64,000 bases of DNA, taken from positions 64,001 through 128,000 of the forward strand of contig JBCCYL010000003.1 in the NCBI GenBank assembly GCA_039189765.1, written 5' to 3'. The notes under the pieces were generated by a model. That model was given only the letters and a program-made list of their open reading frames with translations, did no database searches and was not told the origin of the DNA. This document shows positions 1-10,209 of this stretch, piece by piece. A program made the position numbers and the translations under genes. This DNA is from Cyanobacteria bacterium P01_F01_bin.150. Lineage in GTDB: Bacteria; Cyanobacteriota; Cyanobacteriia; CAKZMO01. Every line of letters starts with the position of its first letter. Position 1 is the first letter of the stretch.

Positions 1-232
1 GGTGCTGGGGGCGATTCCAGCAGAGGGCAAAGTAAGTCTAGTGGCGGCATTTGGAGCAGATATTAATAAAGCAGGGCTACAGGCCGGTAAGTTTATTGGT
101 GCCGTTGCCAAGATCTGTGGCGGTGGCGGCGGTGGCCGCCCCAATCTTGCTCAAGCAGGGGGCCGTGATGCGAGCAAGCTTCCAGAAGCGCTGGACAAAG
201 CTATGGCTGATTTAAAGGCTGCATTGGGTTAA
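1..232 (+). CDS. alaS: Alanine--tRNA ligase, C-terminal end (partial, DHHA1 domain)
   Basis: Typical AlaRS C-terminus ...[21 protein letters not shown]...; frame open at the window edge. Confidence 0.93.
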   Translation, partial: VLGAIPAEGKVSLVAAFGADINKAGLQAGKFIGAVAKICGGGGGGRPNLAQAGGRDASKLPEALDKAMADLKAALG

Positions 233-263
233 AGTCATATCTATAGAGTCAACCTAATAGTCT

Positions 264-308
264 GAAGCGATCGCTATTTTCCCCTCTGGAGAGCGATCGT
301 TTCTTTTT
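264..308 (+). terminator. Hairpin plus T-tract after alaS, arms built from HIP1-like sequence
   Basis: GAAGCGATCGCT-loop-AGCGATCGTTTC followed by TTTTT. Confidence 0.5.
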
Positions 309-424
309 ACTGTCAGAAGAAATACTTGGGTTATCAGCGCTTCAGCGCGATATGAATCATTATTACCCTGTGTATCATGGGATTAGGAGCAGTCGCTTCT
401 AGATTCATCTAGGATTTTTAACTT

Positions 425-2776
425 ATGATCGGGACTATCTCTAAAATGACCCCCAAAAAGGTCATAGGCAATCCTCTACGGCTATTGATTATTCATCAGA
501 AGCTACATATTCAAGCTATTTATACAGAACTGGAAAAAGCCGGGATTGAATACTACTGCGATATTACCCAACGGGTTCTGACTTGTGAGCAGCTAGTCGC
601 CACGCATCACTATGATGCAGTCTTATGTGATGAGACGGTATCTAATGAGGAACCAAGCGGAGAAAACGCATTAGATATCTTTCGAGCTATTCAGAAAGCA
701 GGTAAAGGCATCCCGTTTATCGTACTCACGACGGAAGCTAAAGAGAAAACGGCTCTGGCCTGGGTAAATGATGGCATAACGGATTATGTGATAAGCGATC
801 GCCTGTTTCGTTTACCGATGGTCCTAAAGCGATCGCTCCACACATTTACCCTCCAGCGTCAGCAACAGGAGAGCATTAACCAACTACAGCAACAGGCCCG
901 AAAGGAAACGATTATTAGCCATATCCTCCAAGCAATGAGAAAGACTCTGGTATTGGAGGACATTTTACAAACGACTCTTAATCAACTACAAGATGCCCTA
1001 GAGGTGACCCGATGTCTATTTTTGCGATTTTCTGAGGTTGATTTTCGCATTCGATACATTGGTGAGACCACGCCCCATCGAGACCAAATGTATGATGTAC
1101 GCTGCGATTTGTGTAACTTCTACCGGTATTTATTGGTCAATGGTCAATTTGTCATTATTCAAGAATTTGACAAAGTTCCCGTCCCCGCTCAAAAGATAGC
1201 ACAGGACTTTAGCCTCTCAGCATCCATATTGGCTCCCCTGATTTATAATCAGCGATGTTTAGGCTTAATTTGTCTCCATCAGTGTACTAATGATGGTGAA
1301 CGAGACTGGACCCATGATGAAGTCCGGTTAGTAAAGGCGATTGCCAACCAATGCGCAATCGCCGTTTATCAATCAGAGCTCTACAGTAAGGCCCAACAAG
1401 AATTAGAGAAACGCGAACAGGTGGAAGCCAAACTCCGATACGATGCCTTCCATGATAGCCTCACCAATTTGCCAAACCGCACCCTCTTAACCCATCGTCT
1501 GAGCCATGCGTTAGAACGCGCTAAACATGAATCATTAAGTCGTCTAGATACACACACAGAACAAGAAGAGATATGCACGTTTGCGGTCTTGTTTATTGAT
1601 TTGGATCATTTTAAGGATATCAATGATAGCTTAGGGCATCTGGTGGGCGATCGCCTCCTGTGTGATGTTGCCAAGCGACTAGAATCCTGTATCCATTCCT
1701 GGGATACCATTGCTCGCCTAGGAGGGGATGAGTTTGTCGTCTTGATGGAAGAGATGACGGGGATAGCGGCAGCCATAGAAATGGCGGAGCATATTCACCG
1801 AGTATTGACCACTCCTTTACTTCTAGATGGCCAAGAAATTTTCATCAATGCCAGCATTGGGATTGCTCCGGGCTGTAGCCATTATGAACAATCGGCTCAA
1901 CTGCTGCGGGATGCTGATTCAGCGATGTATCGGGCCAAGCAAGACGGACGTCACGGCTACAAGGTTTTTGATGAATCGATGCATATTCAAGCATTGCAGC
2001 GCCTCAACCTGATGAATTCCCTTCGGAGCGCGATCGAAACCCAAGCCTTGCAAGTGTACTATCAGCCGATTATTAGTCTACCCAACCACCAGTTAGAAGG
2101 GTTTGAAGCCCTTGTTCGCTGGCACCATCCCCAACAGGGGCTGTTAACGCCGGATCGATTCATTGCCATGGCAGAAGAGACGGGGCTGATTTTCCCATTG
2201 GATCTTGCTGTTTTAGAGATGGCCTGCTGTCAGTTGCGAAGCTTGCGAACCCAATTTCCTCATCAGTCTTTAACTATCAGCGTCAATTTTTCTGGCAAAG
2301 AGTTATCTTACACTGACCTAATGGAGCAAATCGATCATATTCTTGGGGTTACAGGTGTTGATGCAGCGGGTCTTAAGCTGGAAATTACCGAAAGCAGCAT
2401 TATGCAAAATGATGCGATCGCCATGGAGCAGCTCCAGCAAATTAAGGCTCGTAACATCGAGCTATCCATCGATGATTTTGGCACTGGATATTCTTCACTG
2501 AGCTATCTACAACATTTACCCGTAGATCTTCTCAAAATTGATCGAGCATTTATCGATGCCATTGATCGCAACAGCACCAATTTAAAAATTGTTGAAACAA
2601 TTACAAACCTTGCCCATAGCCTAAATATCAGAGTTGTCGCAGAGGGGGTTGAGACCCATGCTCAGCTAGAACAGCTCACTCGCCTACAATGCGAATATGC
2701 CCAAGGCCATTTATTTGCAAAACCCATGCCAGCGACAGAGGTGGCTCAGTTTATACGCGATTATAATCTTCCCTAA
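425..2776 (+). CDS. Receiver-like/GAF/GGDEF/EAL c-di-GMP signalling protein
   Basis: HDSLTNLPNR, RLGGDEF, FEALVRW and IDDFGTGYSSLSYL motifs; GAF segment (LGLICLHQC...IANQCAIA); N-terminal receiver-like fold. Confidence 0.92.
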   Translation: MIGTISKMTPKKVIGNPLRLLIIHQKLHIQAIYTELEKAGIEYYCDITQRVLTCEQLVATHHYDAVLCDETVSNEEPSGENALDIFRAIQKAGKGIPFIVLTTEAKEKTALAWVNDGITDYVISDRLFRLPMVLKRSLHTFTLQRQQQESINQLQQQARKETIISHILQAMRKTLVLEDILQTTLNQLQDALEVTRCLFLRFSEVDFRIRYIGETTPHRDQMYDVRCDLCNFYRYLLVNGQFVIIQEFDKVPVPAQKIAQDFSLSASILAPLIYNQRCLGLICLHQCTNDGERDWTHDEVRLVKAIANQCAIAVYQSELYSKAQQELEKREQVEAKLRYDAFHDSLTNLPNRTLLTHRLSHALERAKHESLSRLDTHTEQEEICTFAVLFIDLDHFKDINDSLGHLVGDRLLCDVAKRLESCIHSWDTIARLGGDEFVVLMEEMTGIAAAIEMAEHIHRVLTTPLLLDGQEIFINASIGIAPGCSHYEQSAQLLRDADSAMYRAKQDGRHGYKVFDESMHIQALQRLNLMNSLRSAIETQALQVYYQPIISLPNHQLEGFEALVRWHHPQQGLLTPDRFIAMAEETGLIFPLDLAVLEMACCQLRSLRTQFPHQSLTISVNFSGKELSYTDLMEQIDHILGVTGVDAAGLKLEITESSIMQNDAIAMEQLQQIKARNIELSIDDFGTGYSSLSYLQHLPVDLLKIDRAFIDAIDRNSTNLKIVETITNLAHSLNIRVVAEGVETHAQLEQLTRLQCEYAQGHLFAKPMPATEVAQFIRDYNLP

Positions 2777-2880
2777 TCTCAAAAAGCTCTTCCTTGAGTT
2801 GCCCAAAGCGCATTGTCTCCAATATTCGACCCGCGTAAATAAACAGGGTGGTTTCTGGAGCTGCCACACCATGTGCAGAG

Positions 2881-3045
2881 CTAGGACCCTGGCATCGGCA
2901 GGACAACGATAGTGGCAGTTTCAGGGGCTGGAGCTTTACCAAACCACGTTTTATGAATCTCAGCCAGAGTGCCATCCTCTTTGAGAGTGGTAATCGCTGC
3001 ATTGACTTGATCGCGGAGAGGATTCTCTTGGCTAAACATCAATAG
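2881..3045 (-). pseudogene. C-terminal remnant of a polar amino-acid ABC transporter substrate-binding protein
   Basis: Manual translation FSQENPLRDQVNAAITTLKEDGTLAEIHKTWFGKAPAP...PGS* matches the family-3 SBP C-terminal helix pattern; no N-terminal part. Confidence 0.7.
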
Positions 3046-3202
3046 CAATGCCTAAGGTAATTCCATACCCGCAGTAGATTTGCTGTCCAATGCTCAAATG
3101 TTGGGTTTTGAGTAATAACTTTGGGATGCGCACAACGGAGCCAACCCCAGTATGCTTTTTCTGAGTGGACTGAGACACTGGGATAGGATCTGGCTCGGCC
3201 AT
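3032..3202 (-). pseudogene. N-terminal remnant of a membrane sensor (histidine kinase-like) gene
   Basis: 56-aa frame MAEPDP...HLSIGQQIYCGYGITLGIAIDV*; resembles the LSIxQKIxxGY-TM1 start of cyanobacterial sensors; cut inside TM1. Confidence 0.5.
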
Positions 3203-3334
3203 TAGTTATGTAGAACCATAGACAATATGAAGCGTTGAGGGAAAACGCTAGGACTTAGAGGGTAGTTGCCACCGCAATAGTAGCGATTTTATTTCAGGCG
3301 TACCCACCCATCGTGAACGTTTTGATTAGAATCC

Positions 3335-3376
3335 TTGTGAGGAGCGATCGCTAGGGTAGGCGATCGCTCCTCACAA
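3335..3376. repeat. Perfect 17-bp inverted repeat containing two HIP1 sites
   Basis: TTGTGAGGAGCGATCGC-tagggtag-GCGATCGCTCCTCACAA. Confidence 0.9.
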
Positions 3377-3509
3377 AAATAATATGCCCATCTCGCTGAT
3401 ATATGTTAACCCATCAGCACACACCCGTCTTCAGCTTACTCAAGGCTAGTGAAACGCAACCTTATCCTCCCCTCAACCATAAGTCATACTGCCAACGGCT
3501 AAGATTTGG

Positions 3510-3541
3510 AGGTGTGTCCCCCGCGCAGCGGGGACACACCT
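3510..3541 (-). terminator. GC-rich hairpin immediately after the oxidoreductase stop
   Basis: AGGTGTGTCCCCCGC-gca-GCGGGGACACACCT. Confidence 0.55.
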
Positions 3542-5457
3542 TATAAAAAGTCCAGCACTCGGCCGTGCAGAGTATATGTCTGTACCGTTTCTGTTCTCAA
3601 CCAAGGACCAGACCTATTCCAATATCCCTGCACCGTCATAGCAGTTTTATTAGGCCACGTTGCCAAGTGCTGCCTAACATCGGGATTTAGGGTAATTAAA
3701 GGCAAAAAGTCAACATGAAACTCAGACTGTAAATAAGATTGAAGTGCCAGCCGATAAGTCCCATCATCTATTCGTTCAAACTGGCCCGTAACCGTGACCC
3801 ATTGGGAGACATTGCTATTGTTTGACAGTAAGTTGGAGCCAATATTTTCATGGGAAGAAAAATGCGAGGTAGATGGACTTAAAGCAATATCTGCTTCAAG
3901 TATTGCCAGGTCATCGAGCCCATGTTCCAGACCGTGTCGTTGCCAATATTGCCACTTAGGATGATGGGGCAAACTATTCAACAAGGGAATAACGGCTGCG
4001 GGGGCGATCGCGTCCGTCAATAGCGCCTCCTGCAATATTCGCACGGGCAAGTCCCTGGGCTGACACCCTCGTTCAATACACAAAGCAGCGGCCATCCCCG
4101 CCGCTTGACCGATATTCATCACCGTAGGCTGTAGCCGAGTAGCTCCATTGGCAATATGGGAGACAGAAATATTTTTCTCACAGACGAGAAATCCATCCAT
4201 CGTTTCAGGAATCAAACATCTGTAGGGCAAAGCAAACGGCGTTCCGGTCCAGCGACCGCCCCAGCGTATGGATTTTGGGGCCAGCGTTAATAGCTCAGAT
4301 TCAGGCGAGGGATAGTGGTGGTCGTTGGCATAGTTGCCAATGGCGATCGCCTCAATTTCCCCATATTCATTTACGGGCAACGGTGCTATCCCGCTATCCC
4401 CCAAAGGCAAAATATCCTGTTCCCGGACGGTCACAAGTCCCTGAAGTCGTCGGCTTTCACGATAGTACGGATAAAGGGCATAGGCTCCTCCGCCTAGACT
4501 GTTTGGGGCGAGGGGAAAGGTATCGCTGGCCAAGCCATATCGCTGGCCTATATTAGCCTGGATATGTTGGGCAAAGGCTTGGGTATGCCAACGGGCCTCT
4601 TTGAGATACTCCCGTCGGGACTGCTCGGATTGCACCAGACGATTAAGGTCTTTCCCATAGTCATTGCCGTGCTGGGGCCAGTTGATCATAAAGCGATCGC
4701 CCGGCAGTCGCCCATAGTTGATAAATCTTTCTGGCCCATAGCCTTTCCAGGCATGGGCAAAGCCAGGCGGGGGAGCGGTCGGCGGATGAGTTGGGGAACA
4801 AGTGGGCGGAACAGGAATAGTTGGAGCCGTCTCCCCCTCACCAAAATCCTGCATTACTACCACCCATGTCGGCAGCTGCACTGGATAGGTTTTAGTCAGG
4901 TTGTTAGGCTCACGGAGTGCACTGGGTTCATCCCACTGACTAACTTCTGGCCAATCCCAGCCCCATCGATAGGGGATCTCAGCCAAGGCCATCACATCTC
5001 CAAGTTCCGTCCCATCAAGGATAATTTGGGCTTCAATCTCAATGTTATCGAATGTCACGGTGGTGACTTGGCTATCCGTTTTCCCAACTGTCACAGGCTT
5101 CTGGCCTGATATCCAATGCAAATTGGGCAACGCTTGGACCCAGTCGGCAAAAATCTTAGCCCCCACCCGTGGCTCAAACGTAAAGCAACTCACCCAGCCG
5201 TGGTCTATTCCACCCGCTTGCCGCTGCTGCACCGTCCGTAAAAAATCTCCCCAGATCCCTGTTTGTAGCGCCAGCAACTCGTTGCCATCCGGAGCACTTA
5301 CCCCCGCACTGGTCAGCATTCCCCCCAGCCAGGAAAACTCGCTAACCAGGGTCACTTGAGTATCTAAAGCGCGGCCCCGCCGAGCCGCCTGAATTGCCGC
5401 AACGGTTCCTCCCGTCCCACCACCGACGATTAAAATATCGGTTTTATAGTGTTTCAT
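3541..5457 (-). CDS. FAD-dependent oxidoreductase
   Basis: N-terminal DILIVGGGTGG Rossmann motif, LGGMLTSAG, YYRESRR, ANGATRLQP.VMNIGQAAG. Confidence 0.9.
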   Translation of the reverse strand: MKHYKTDILIVGGGTGGTVAAIQAARRGRALDTQVTLVSEFSWLGGMLTSAGVSAPDGNELLALQTGIWGDFLRTVQQRQAGGIDHGWVSCFTFEPRVGAKIFADWVQALPNLHWISGQKPVTVGKTDSQVTTVTFDNIEIEAQIILDGTELGDVMALAEIPYRWGWDWPEVSQWDEPSALREPNNLTKTYPVQLPTWVVVMQDFGEGETAPTIPVPPTCSPTHPPTAPPPGFAHAWKGYGPERFINYGRLPGDRFMINWPQHGNDYGKDLNRLVQSEQSRREYLKEARWHTQAFAQHIQANIGQRYGLASDTFPLAPNSLGGGAYALYPYYRESRRLQGLVTVREQDILPLGDSGIAPLPVNEYGEIEAIAIGNYANDHHYPSPESELLTLAPKSIRWGGRWTGTPFALPYRCLIPETMDGFLVCEKNISVSHIANGATRLQPTVMNIGQAAGMAAALCIERGCQPRDLPVRILQEALLTDAIAPAAVIPLLNSLPHHPKWQYWQRHGLEHGLDDLAILEADIALSPSTSHFSSHENIGSNLLSNNSNVSQWVTVTGQFERIDDGTYRLALQSYLQSEFHVDFLPLITLNPDVRQHLATWPNKTAMTVQGYWNRSGPWLRTETVQTYTLHGRVLDFL

Positions 5458-6334
5458 CTATTCGCTGGCAATACACATCAGTACTTTGGGTTGAATGAAC
5501 AGCGATTGGTGACCACTCATGGATGACAAATTCACTCAATCCAACGTTAACGGGGCGATCGCCATCAACATTATCCCAGTCGGCAGGATTGCCCCAATCG
5601 TAGGTATAGCCCAATTGAGTCCAGGGATACGGGAGATTTTTTTTATCAATATTGCTAGGACTCATCAGTTGTCCCGAGACTTGATAGCGCTGGTCATACT
5701 GCTGATAGAACCAGCGTTGATATTGTTGTTGATGTCTCTCTGAGTTCCCTGTAAATATGCCAGTTGGCTGGAAATCAACTTCTGCTTCATGGTCGGTAAT
5801 TTCTGGGTCGGGGCTGGGGCGAAACATAAATCGAGGATCTACCCACAGTTCAACGACTTGGCGATCGCCAGATGTATCGACGGTTCCTGGTACCAAACCC
5901 AAAACCTGGCGCAGGCGCTCTTCAAGGGATACCTCTTCAGTGGGTTCATAGGCCGAACAGAATGCCTTAAGTTCAAAGGGCGGGGTGACCCAAACATCTC
6001 GGGTAACGACAAGACGTTCACCAAGCCCAAGGGTATACCCTTCCCAGCCAGTCCAAAGCGTAACCAAGACTTGACCGTGGTCGTTCCAAATTAAGTTGGG
6101 ATTATGGGGAGCGATCGCGGTCAGGTCTCGAAAAATCTCTTGGGGTTCTGGTATTCTCGCATCTCGAACCGCGTCCCAATATTCAGGCGGAAGGGTTATG
6201 GTCTCTGTTTCTGTCTCTGTCTCTCTGACCTGGGCTAGAGCGGAAAAGCCTCCCAAGAGGGTCATACACGGAAAGAGGAAAAGGGTCCCCGAAAATAGAC
6301 AAAACCTGCGGAATTGATTTAAATGGCTCATCAC
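5444..6334 (-). CDS. Conserved hypothetical exported protein
   Basis: 296-aa ORF with signal peptide (ALA-Q) and motif YPWTQLGYTYDW...GLSEFV; overlaps the next gene by 14 bp. Confidence 0.75.
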   Translation of the reverse strand: MMSHLNQFRRFCLFSGTLFLFPCMTLLGGFSALAQVRETETETETITLPPEYWDAVRDARIPEPQEIFRDLTAIAPHNPNLIWNDHGQVLVTLWTGWEGYTLGLGERLVVTRDVWVTPPFELKAFCSAYEPTEEVSLEERLRQVLGLVPGTVDTSGDRQVVELWVDPRFMFRPSPDPEITDHEAEVDFQPTGIFTGNSERHQQQYQRWFYQQYDQRYQVSGQLMSPSNIDKKNLPYPWTQLGYTYDWGNPADWDNVDGDRPVNVGLSEFVIHEWSPIAVHSTQSTDVYCQRIDETL

Positions 6335-6341
6335 TTTAAAG

Positions 6342-6779
6342 CTAAAGAATAGTCAAATATGTATCCCAGGATTCTGAGGGTAGTACCTTCAGCGTTTGCT
6401 TTTGTAAATCTAGCTCCAGTCCCAATGCTTCCAGAGGGATGACCCCAATTAGCGGATCGCGTCCACCCGGCAATTCCAGACATTCAAATGTGCCTTCTCT
6501 TCCGCACAACGACATCTTGGCATCCTGAAAAATTCGTGCTGTACTCAATCCTGTGGCGGTGGAAACATTGACCTCTTTGAGAAGCTTTAGCCCAAGTTCT
6601 GCAATGACATTGGCGGGTAAACACAACGTGGTTGCCCCAGTATCGACCGAAACGTCATTTAGAGTAACGCTACGAACTTTTTCAGCGGGAAGTAATCCGG
6701 TTTCAGCATTCGCTTCGTCAATACGGTTAGTGACCGTTAGTGTTGTTAAAACTCTACCCATATCAGAAGTTTCGCTCAT
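6342..6779 (-). CDS. Clan AA (retropepsin-like) aspartyl protease
   Basis: VDTGATTLCLP catalytic motif and PLIGVIPLEALG; GGAGG RBS upstream. Confidence 0.88.
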   Translation of the reverse strand: MSETSDMGRVLTTLTVTNRIDEANAETGLLPAEKVRSVTLNDVSVDTGATTLCLPANVIAELGLKLLKEVNVSTATGLSTARIFQDAKMSLCGREGTFECLELPGGRDPLIGVIPLEALGLELDLQKQTLKVLPSESWDTYLTIL

Positions 6780-6957
6780 CTAATTATCCTCCGGGTCAGT
6801 CTATCCTAATTATGACAGCTCGCGCTGATGGACAAGGCTACGGTTGAAAATTAGGTTCGGATCATGAAAATGCTCTTCGCTGTAGTCAGAAATACCGTGT
6901 TCGGGAAACCTGAAGAAAGATAGTCAGCAAATATTTACTCTGAACTGGTATGGAACG

Positions 6958-7384
6958 GCGATCGCTTCGGTATATCGCCTTCGATTAGTGTAATCACTTG
7001 GGTCGCCAATTCTTACGAAAGTGCCTTGGCTTCCTGGGGCACATCAAAGATTTCGTCGTTTGCGTAAAAGAGCGATCGCGGCACAACAGTCCATGCTGAG
7101 TCCTTTAGAGCAACAAACGGAATGGCAGGCGAGAGTTCTGCCGCTTCGGAATAGTCCACAAGGGCAACATTTTGCTTGCGTTCAAACTCCAGACTTGCAA
7201 CGGGCACTTCCTTCATTTGTGTGGCTTTAACATCAAAACGACGACGGGTTTTGCGAGTTTGGCAAACCGTTATAAACGCTTGGATTGTTTTTTCTAACGG
7301 TGCCTTAACGGCTATCAGCGTGTACTCTGGATGACCCTGATAAATCATGTCTACAAAATCAATGATGCCTAAGGTTTCCGTCAT
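6958..7384 (-). pseudogene. Truncated hypothetical protein
   Basis: 123-aa ORF ends at TAA 7013-7015 but protein-like sequence continues in frame (EAKALS*ELATQVITLIEGD) up to a HIP1 site at 6958-6965. Confidence 0.5.
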
Positions 7385-7574
7385 AATTGATTATCCCGTT
7401 TTAAGTGAGTGAGTCATTTCAATGGTGAGCCACCGTGTTAGTGTCTTATCCAGTACCAGCATTCCCAATCCCAGAGGGTAATCATGCTTAAAGATAAATC
7501 AAGGTGTCTTCAGGCATAGGCATTTGATGCCATAATTTTTATCTGACGCACTCTTACGTTTGGACCCTGGTTCT

Positions 7575-8984
7575 ATGCCGATTTCTGATGACTTGCTTAA
7601 CGATTCCGAGGCATTGCTGGTGGAAATATACAGCGCGTTTGAACCGTTTCAGCCGCCACCAAAGGATGCCTATGTGAATTGTGAGGAAGTGCGGGGCGGA
7701 TGGGATATTATCCGTGAGCTGGGCAAAAAGATTACCCTATCGAAAAATCCGACCTGTCAACTTTACAGTGGCCATCGGGGGGTGGGAAAGTCCACAGAGT
7801 TGGGGCGATTAAAGGTTTACCTGGAATCCAAGAAGTATAAAGTTGTGTCCTTTGCTGTGGACGAGGAAGATATTGAACCCCAGGATGCAGAATACGCGGA
7901 TATTCTATTTGCCTGTACGCGAAAGTTGGTGGAAGATGTCAAGCTGGAAAAAGACCGTAATCCCCTGGTGCAGTGGATTGCAAAACGATGGACCGCTTGG
8001 AAAGATTTTGCCCAAACAGATGTTGAATTTGACGGACTGACCATAGAGCAGCAGGTTAGTGCGTTTCGCAAACTATCAGCGACGTTTAAGGCCGTACCCG
8101 ACAAGCGGCGACAGATGCGACAGAACATTAATGCGGAAACTCCATCGCTGGTGGAGGCGCTCAATGAGTTTATTCAAAATGCCAAGGAAGACCTGGCCGC
8201 TGACTATCCCCGTGGCTTGGTGGTAATTGTGGATAATCTGGACAGAATTGCGGAAACCCAGGCCGACAAGGGAGCGCCTAGCAATTATGACGAGATTTTT
8301 ATTAATCGCAGTGAAATGCTGCGAGGGCTGGCGTGCCATGTCATCTACACGGCACCGATTTCGATGATTTATTCGGAACGAGCGACTCAGCTAGAAGACC
8401 GCTTTGATACTCCGGACGTGTTGCCAATGATTACGGTGCGAACGCGGGAGAATCAGGTGAATCCGGCGGGGTTAAGGAAGCTAAAGGAACTGATTACTCG
8501 GCGAGTGCAAACGGTGCATCCAAAGCTGGTGCAGACCCTGGAGGGATCTGTGGACGGTGTTGATATTCCGGCGGTGTTTGATAGCCCCAAGTCAGTGGAA
8601 GACCTCTGCATTATGAGTGGAGGCCATGTGCGGAATCTGGTGCAGCTTGTGCAAAAGGCGATCGAGTGGACGGATGAGCTACCGATTTCGGAAAGGGCGG
8701 TGAGGCGAGCCATTGCCGACGCCAGAGCAACCTACCTAAAAACTATCCAAGAATCACAGTGGACACTGTTGGTCACCGCCTATAAAAAGCGGGACTATAA
8801 GCGCGACCCAGATCATTTACGACTATTGCTTAATCGCTGTCTACTAGAATATCGGGACTATGATGAAATAGTGGGGACTAGCGAAACCTGGTGTAATATT
8901 CATCCCTTGATTGAAGCGATTCCCCAGTTTCAGGCTGCATTAAAGGCGTTGGAGGCAGCGCAAAATGGCCAAAGCTCCAATTGA
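7575..8984 (+). CDS. P-loop NTPase (STAND/Orc-Cdc6-like AAA+ ATPase)
   Basis: Walker A GHRGVGKST, Walker B VVIVDNLDR, SGGHVRNL motif; ATG at 7575 preferred. Confidence 0.85.
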   Translation: MPISDDLLNDSEALLVEIYSAFEPFQPPPKDAYVNCEEVRGGWDIIRELGKKITLSKNPTCQLYSGHRGVGKSTELGRLKVYLESKKYKVVSFAVDEEDIEPQDAEYADILFACTRKLVEDVKLEKDRNPLVQWIAKRWTAWKDFAQTDVEFDGLTIEQQVSAFRKLSATFKAVPDKRRQMRQNINAETPSLVEALNEFIQNAKEDLAADYPRGLVVIVDNLDRIAETQADKGAPSNYDEIFINRSEMLRGLACHVIYTAPISMIYSERATQLEDRFDTPDVLPMITVRTRENQVNPAGLRKLKELITRRVQTVHPKLVQTLEGSVDGVDIPAVFDSPKSVEDLCIMSGGHVRNLVQLVQKAIEWTDELPISERAVRRAIADARATYLKTIQESQWTLLVTAYKKRDYKRDPDHLRLLLNRCLLEYRDYDEIVGTSETWCNIHPLIEAIPQFQAALKALEAAQNGQSSN

Positions 8985-10098
8985 TGATCAAGCATCTCCC
9001 GATGAAATATACGAGACATTGATCCGATCGCTACGACGGCGGAAAGGGTTTGGGCTGGTGTTTGTTAACTGTACGCCAGTCAGAGGCACTCAGCTAATAG
9101 AGGAAATCCGGCGAGATCTGCCCCAGAAGCAAGTGGGAGTAATGGCGCTAACGGAGCCTGTGGAGACGCTGCGGGATTTAGTCGCAGCCAAGGCGGATAT
9201 TGCAGAACTAAATATTCTGGTCATTACAGGGCTGGAAAAATCCCTGGAAGCCGATATTAAACCAGGTTACGGTGGCAACGGGGATTATTACAACTTGAAT
9301 ACGGTTCCGCCTATCTTGGCCCATCTCAACCAGCAACGGGAAAACTTTCGGGACCGCTTTGACCACCTCTGTTTTGTGTTTTTACTGCCCATCTATGCCA
9401 TAAAGTACATTGTGCGTCGTGCGCCTGATTTTTTTGATTGGGGGACGGGGGTAGTTGAGCTACCTACAGATGAAGAGACTACTGAGCGTAAATCTGGCCA
9501 ACTGTTTGGTGACTACCATCAATATCTAACTTGGACGCAGACAGAGAGGGATCGCCGTATTCTTCAAATTCAAACCTGGCTAGCAGAATGCAAAGATAAT
9601 GCAATCCGCCAGTCAGAACTCTTTTTTGAGCAGGGCAATCTTTTTGCTGCATCACAGCGACTTGAAGAGGCGATCGCATCCTATGACAAAGCCATTGCAT
9701 TCAAACCAGACATGCATAAAGCATGGTCTAATCGGGGGCTTTCGCTGGATGATTTAGGGCGACGAGAAGAGGCGATCGCATCCTATGATAAAGCCATTGC
9801 ATTCAGACCGAACATGCATGAAGCATGGTCCAATCGAGGGGTGTCGCTGGACGATTTAGGGCGACGAGAAGAGGCGATTGTGTCCTATGACAAAGCGCTT
9901 GAATTCAAACCGGACTTTTCAAGTGCAATGTATAACAAAGCTTGTTCTCTCAGCTTAATGGGCGATCGAGATGGGGCATTGGAGTGGTTAAAAAAGGCGA
10001 TCGCTTTGGATGCCAAGTATCGGGAGATGGCAAAGACCGATGAGGATTTTTCAGAGTTGAGGGACGATCCAAGATTTCAGAAACTGGTGCAACTTTAG
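8965..10098 (+). CDS. TPR protein with N-terminal degenerate NTPase-like domain
   Basis: C-terminal 34-aa TPRs (EEAIASYDKAI...), N-terminal LNQQRENF...RRAPDFFDW motif; overlaps the ATPase by 20 bp. Confidence 0.85.
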   Translation: MAKAPIDDQASPDEIYETLIRSLRRRKGFGLVFVNCTPVRGTQLIEEIRRDLPQKQVGVMALTEPVETLRDLVAAKADIAELNILVITGLEKSLEADIKPGYGGNGDYYNLNTVPPILAHLNQQRENFRDRFDHLCFVFLLPIYAIKYIVRRAPDFFDWGTGVVELPTDEETTERKSGQLFGDYHQYLTWTQTERDRRILQIQTWLAECKDNAIRQSELFFEQGNLFAASQRLEEAIASYDKAIAFKPDMHKAWSNRGLSLDDLGRREEAIASYDKAIAFRPNMHEAWSNRGVSLDDLGRREEAIVSYDKALEFKPDFSSAMYNKACSLSLMGDRDGALEWLKKAIALDAKYREMAKTDEDFSELRDDPRFQKLVQL

Positions 10099-10143
10099 AT
10101 TTTGGATTGGTTGGTGAGGGGGCGATTGCATCTGCCCCATATT

Positions 10144-10209
10144 CTATATTAGGGAAACCTTGATTTTTCTCAGGTCCTTCTTGAAGTTCGGCTTAAACCT
10201 GATTTTCAT
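10144..10209 (-). pseudogene. Truncated RelE/ParE-family toxin
   Basis: MKIRFKPNFKKDLRKIKVSLI* (21 aa); its ATG overlaps the upstream gene's TGA (ATGA); FxxxFxKDLxKI is a RelE-type N-terminus. Confidence 0.7.
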
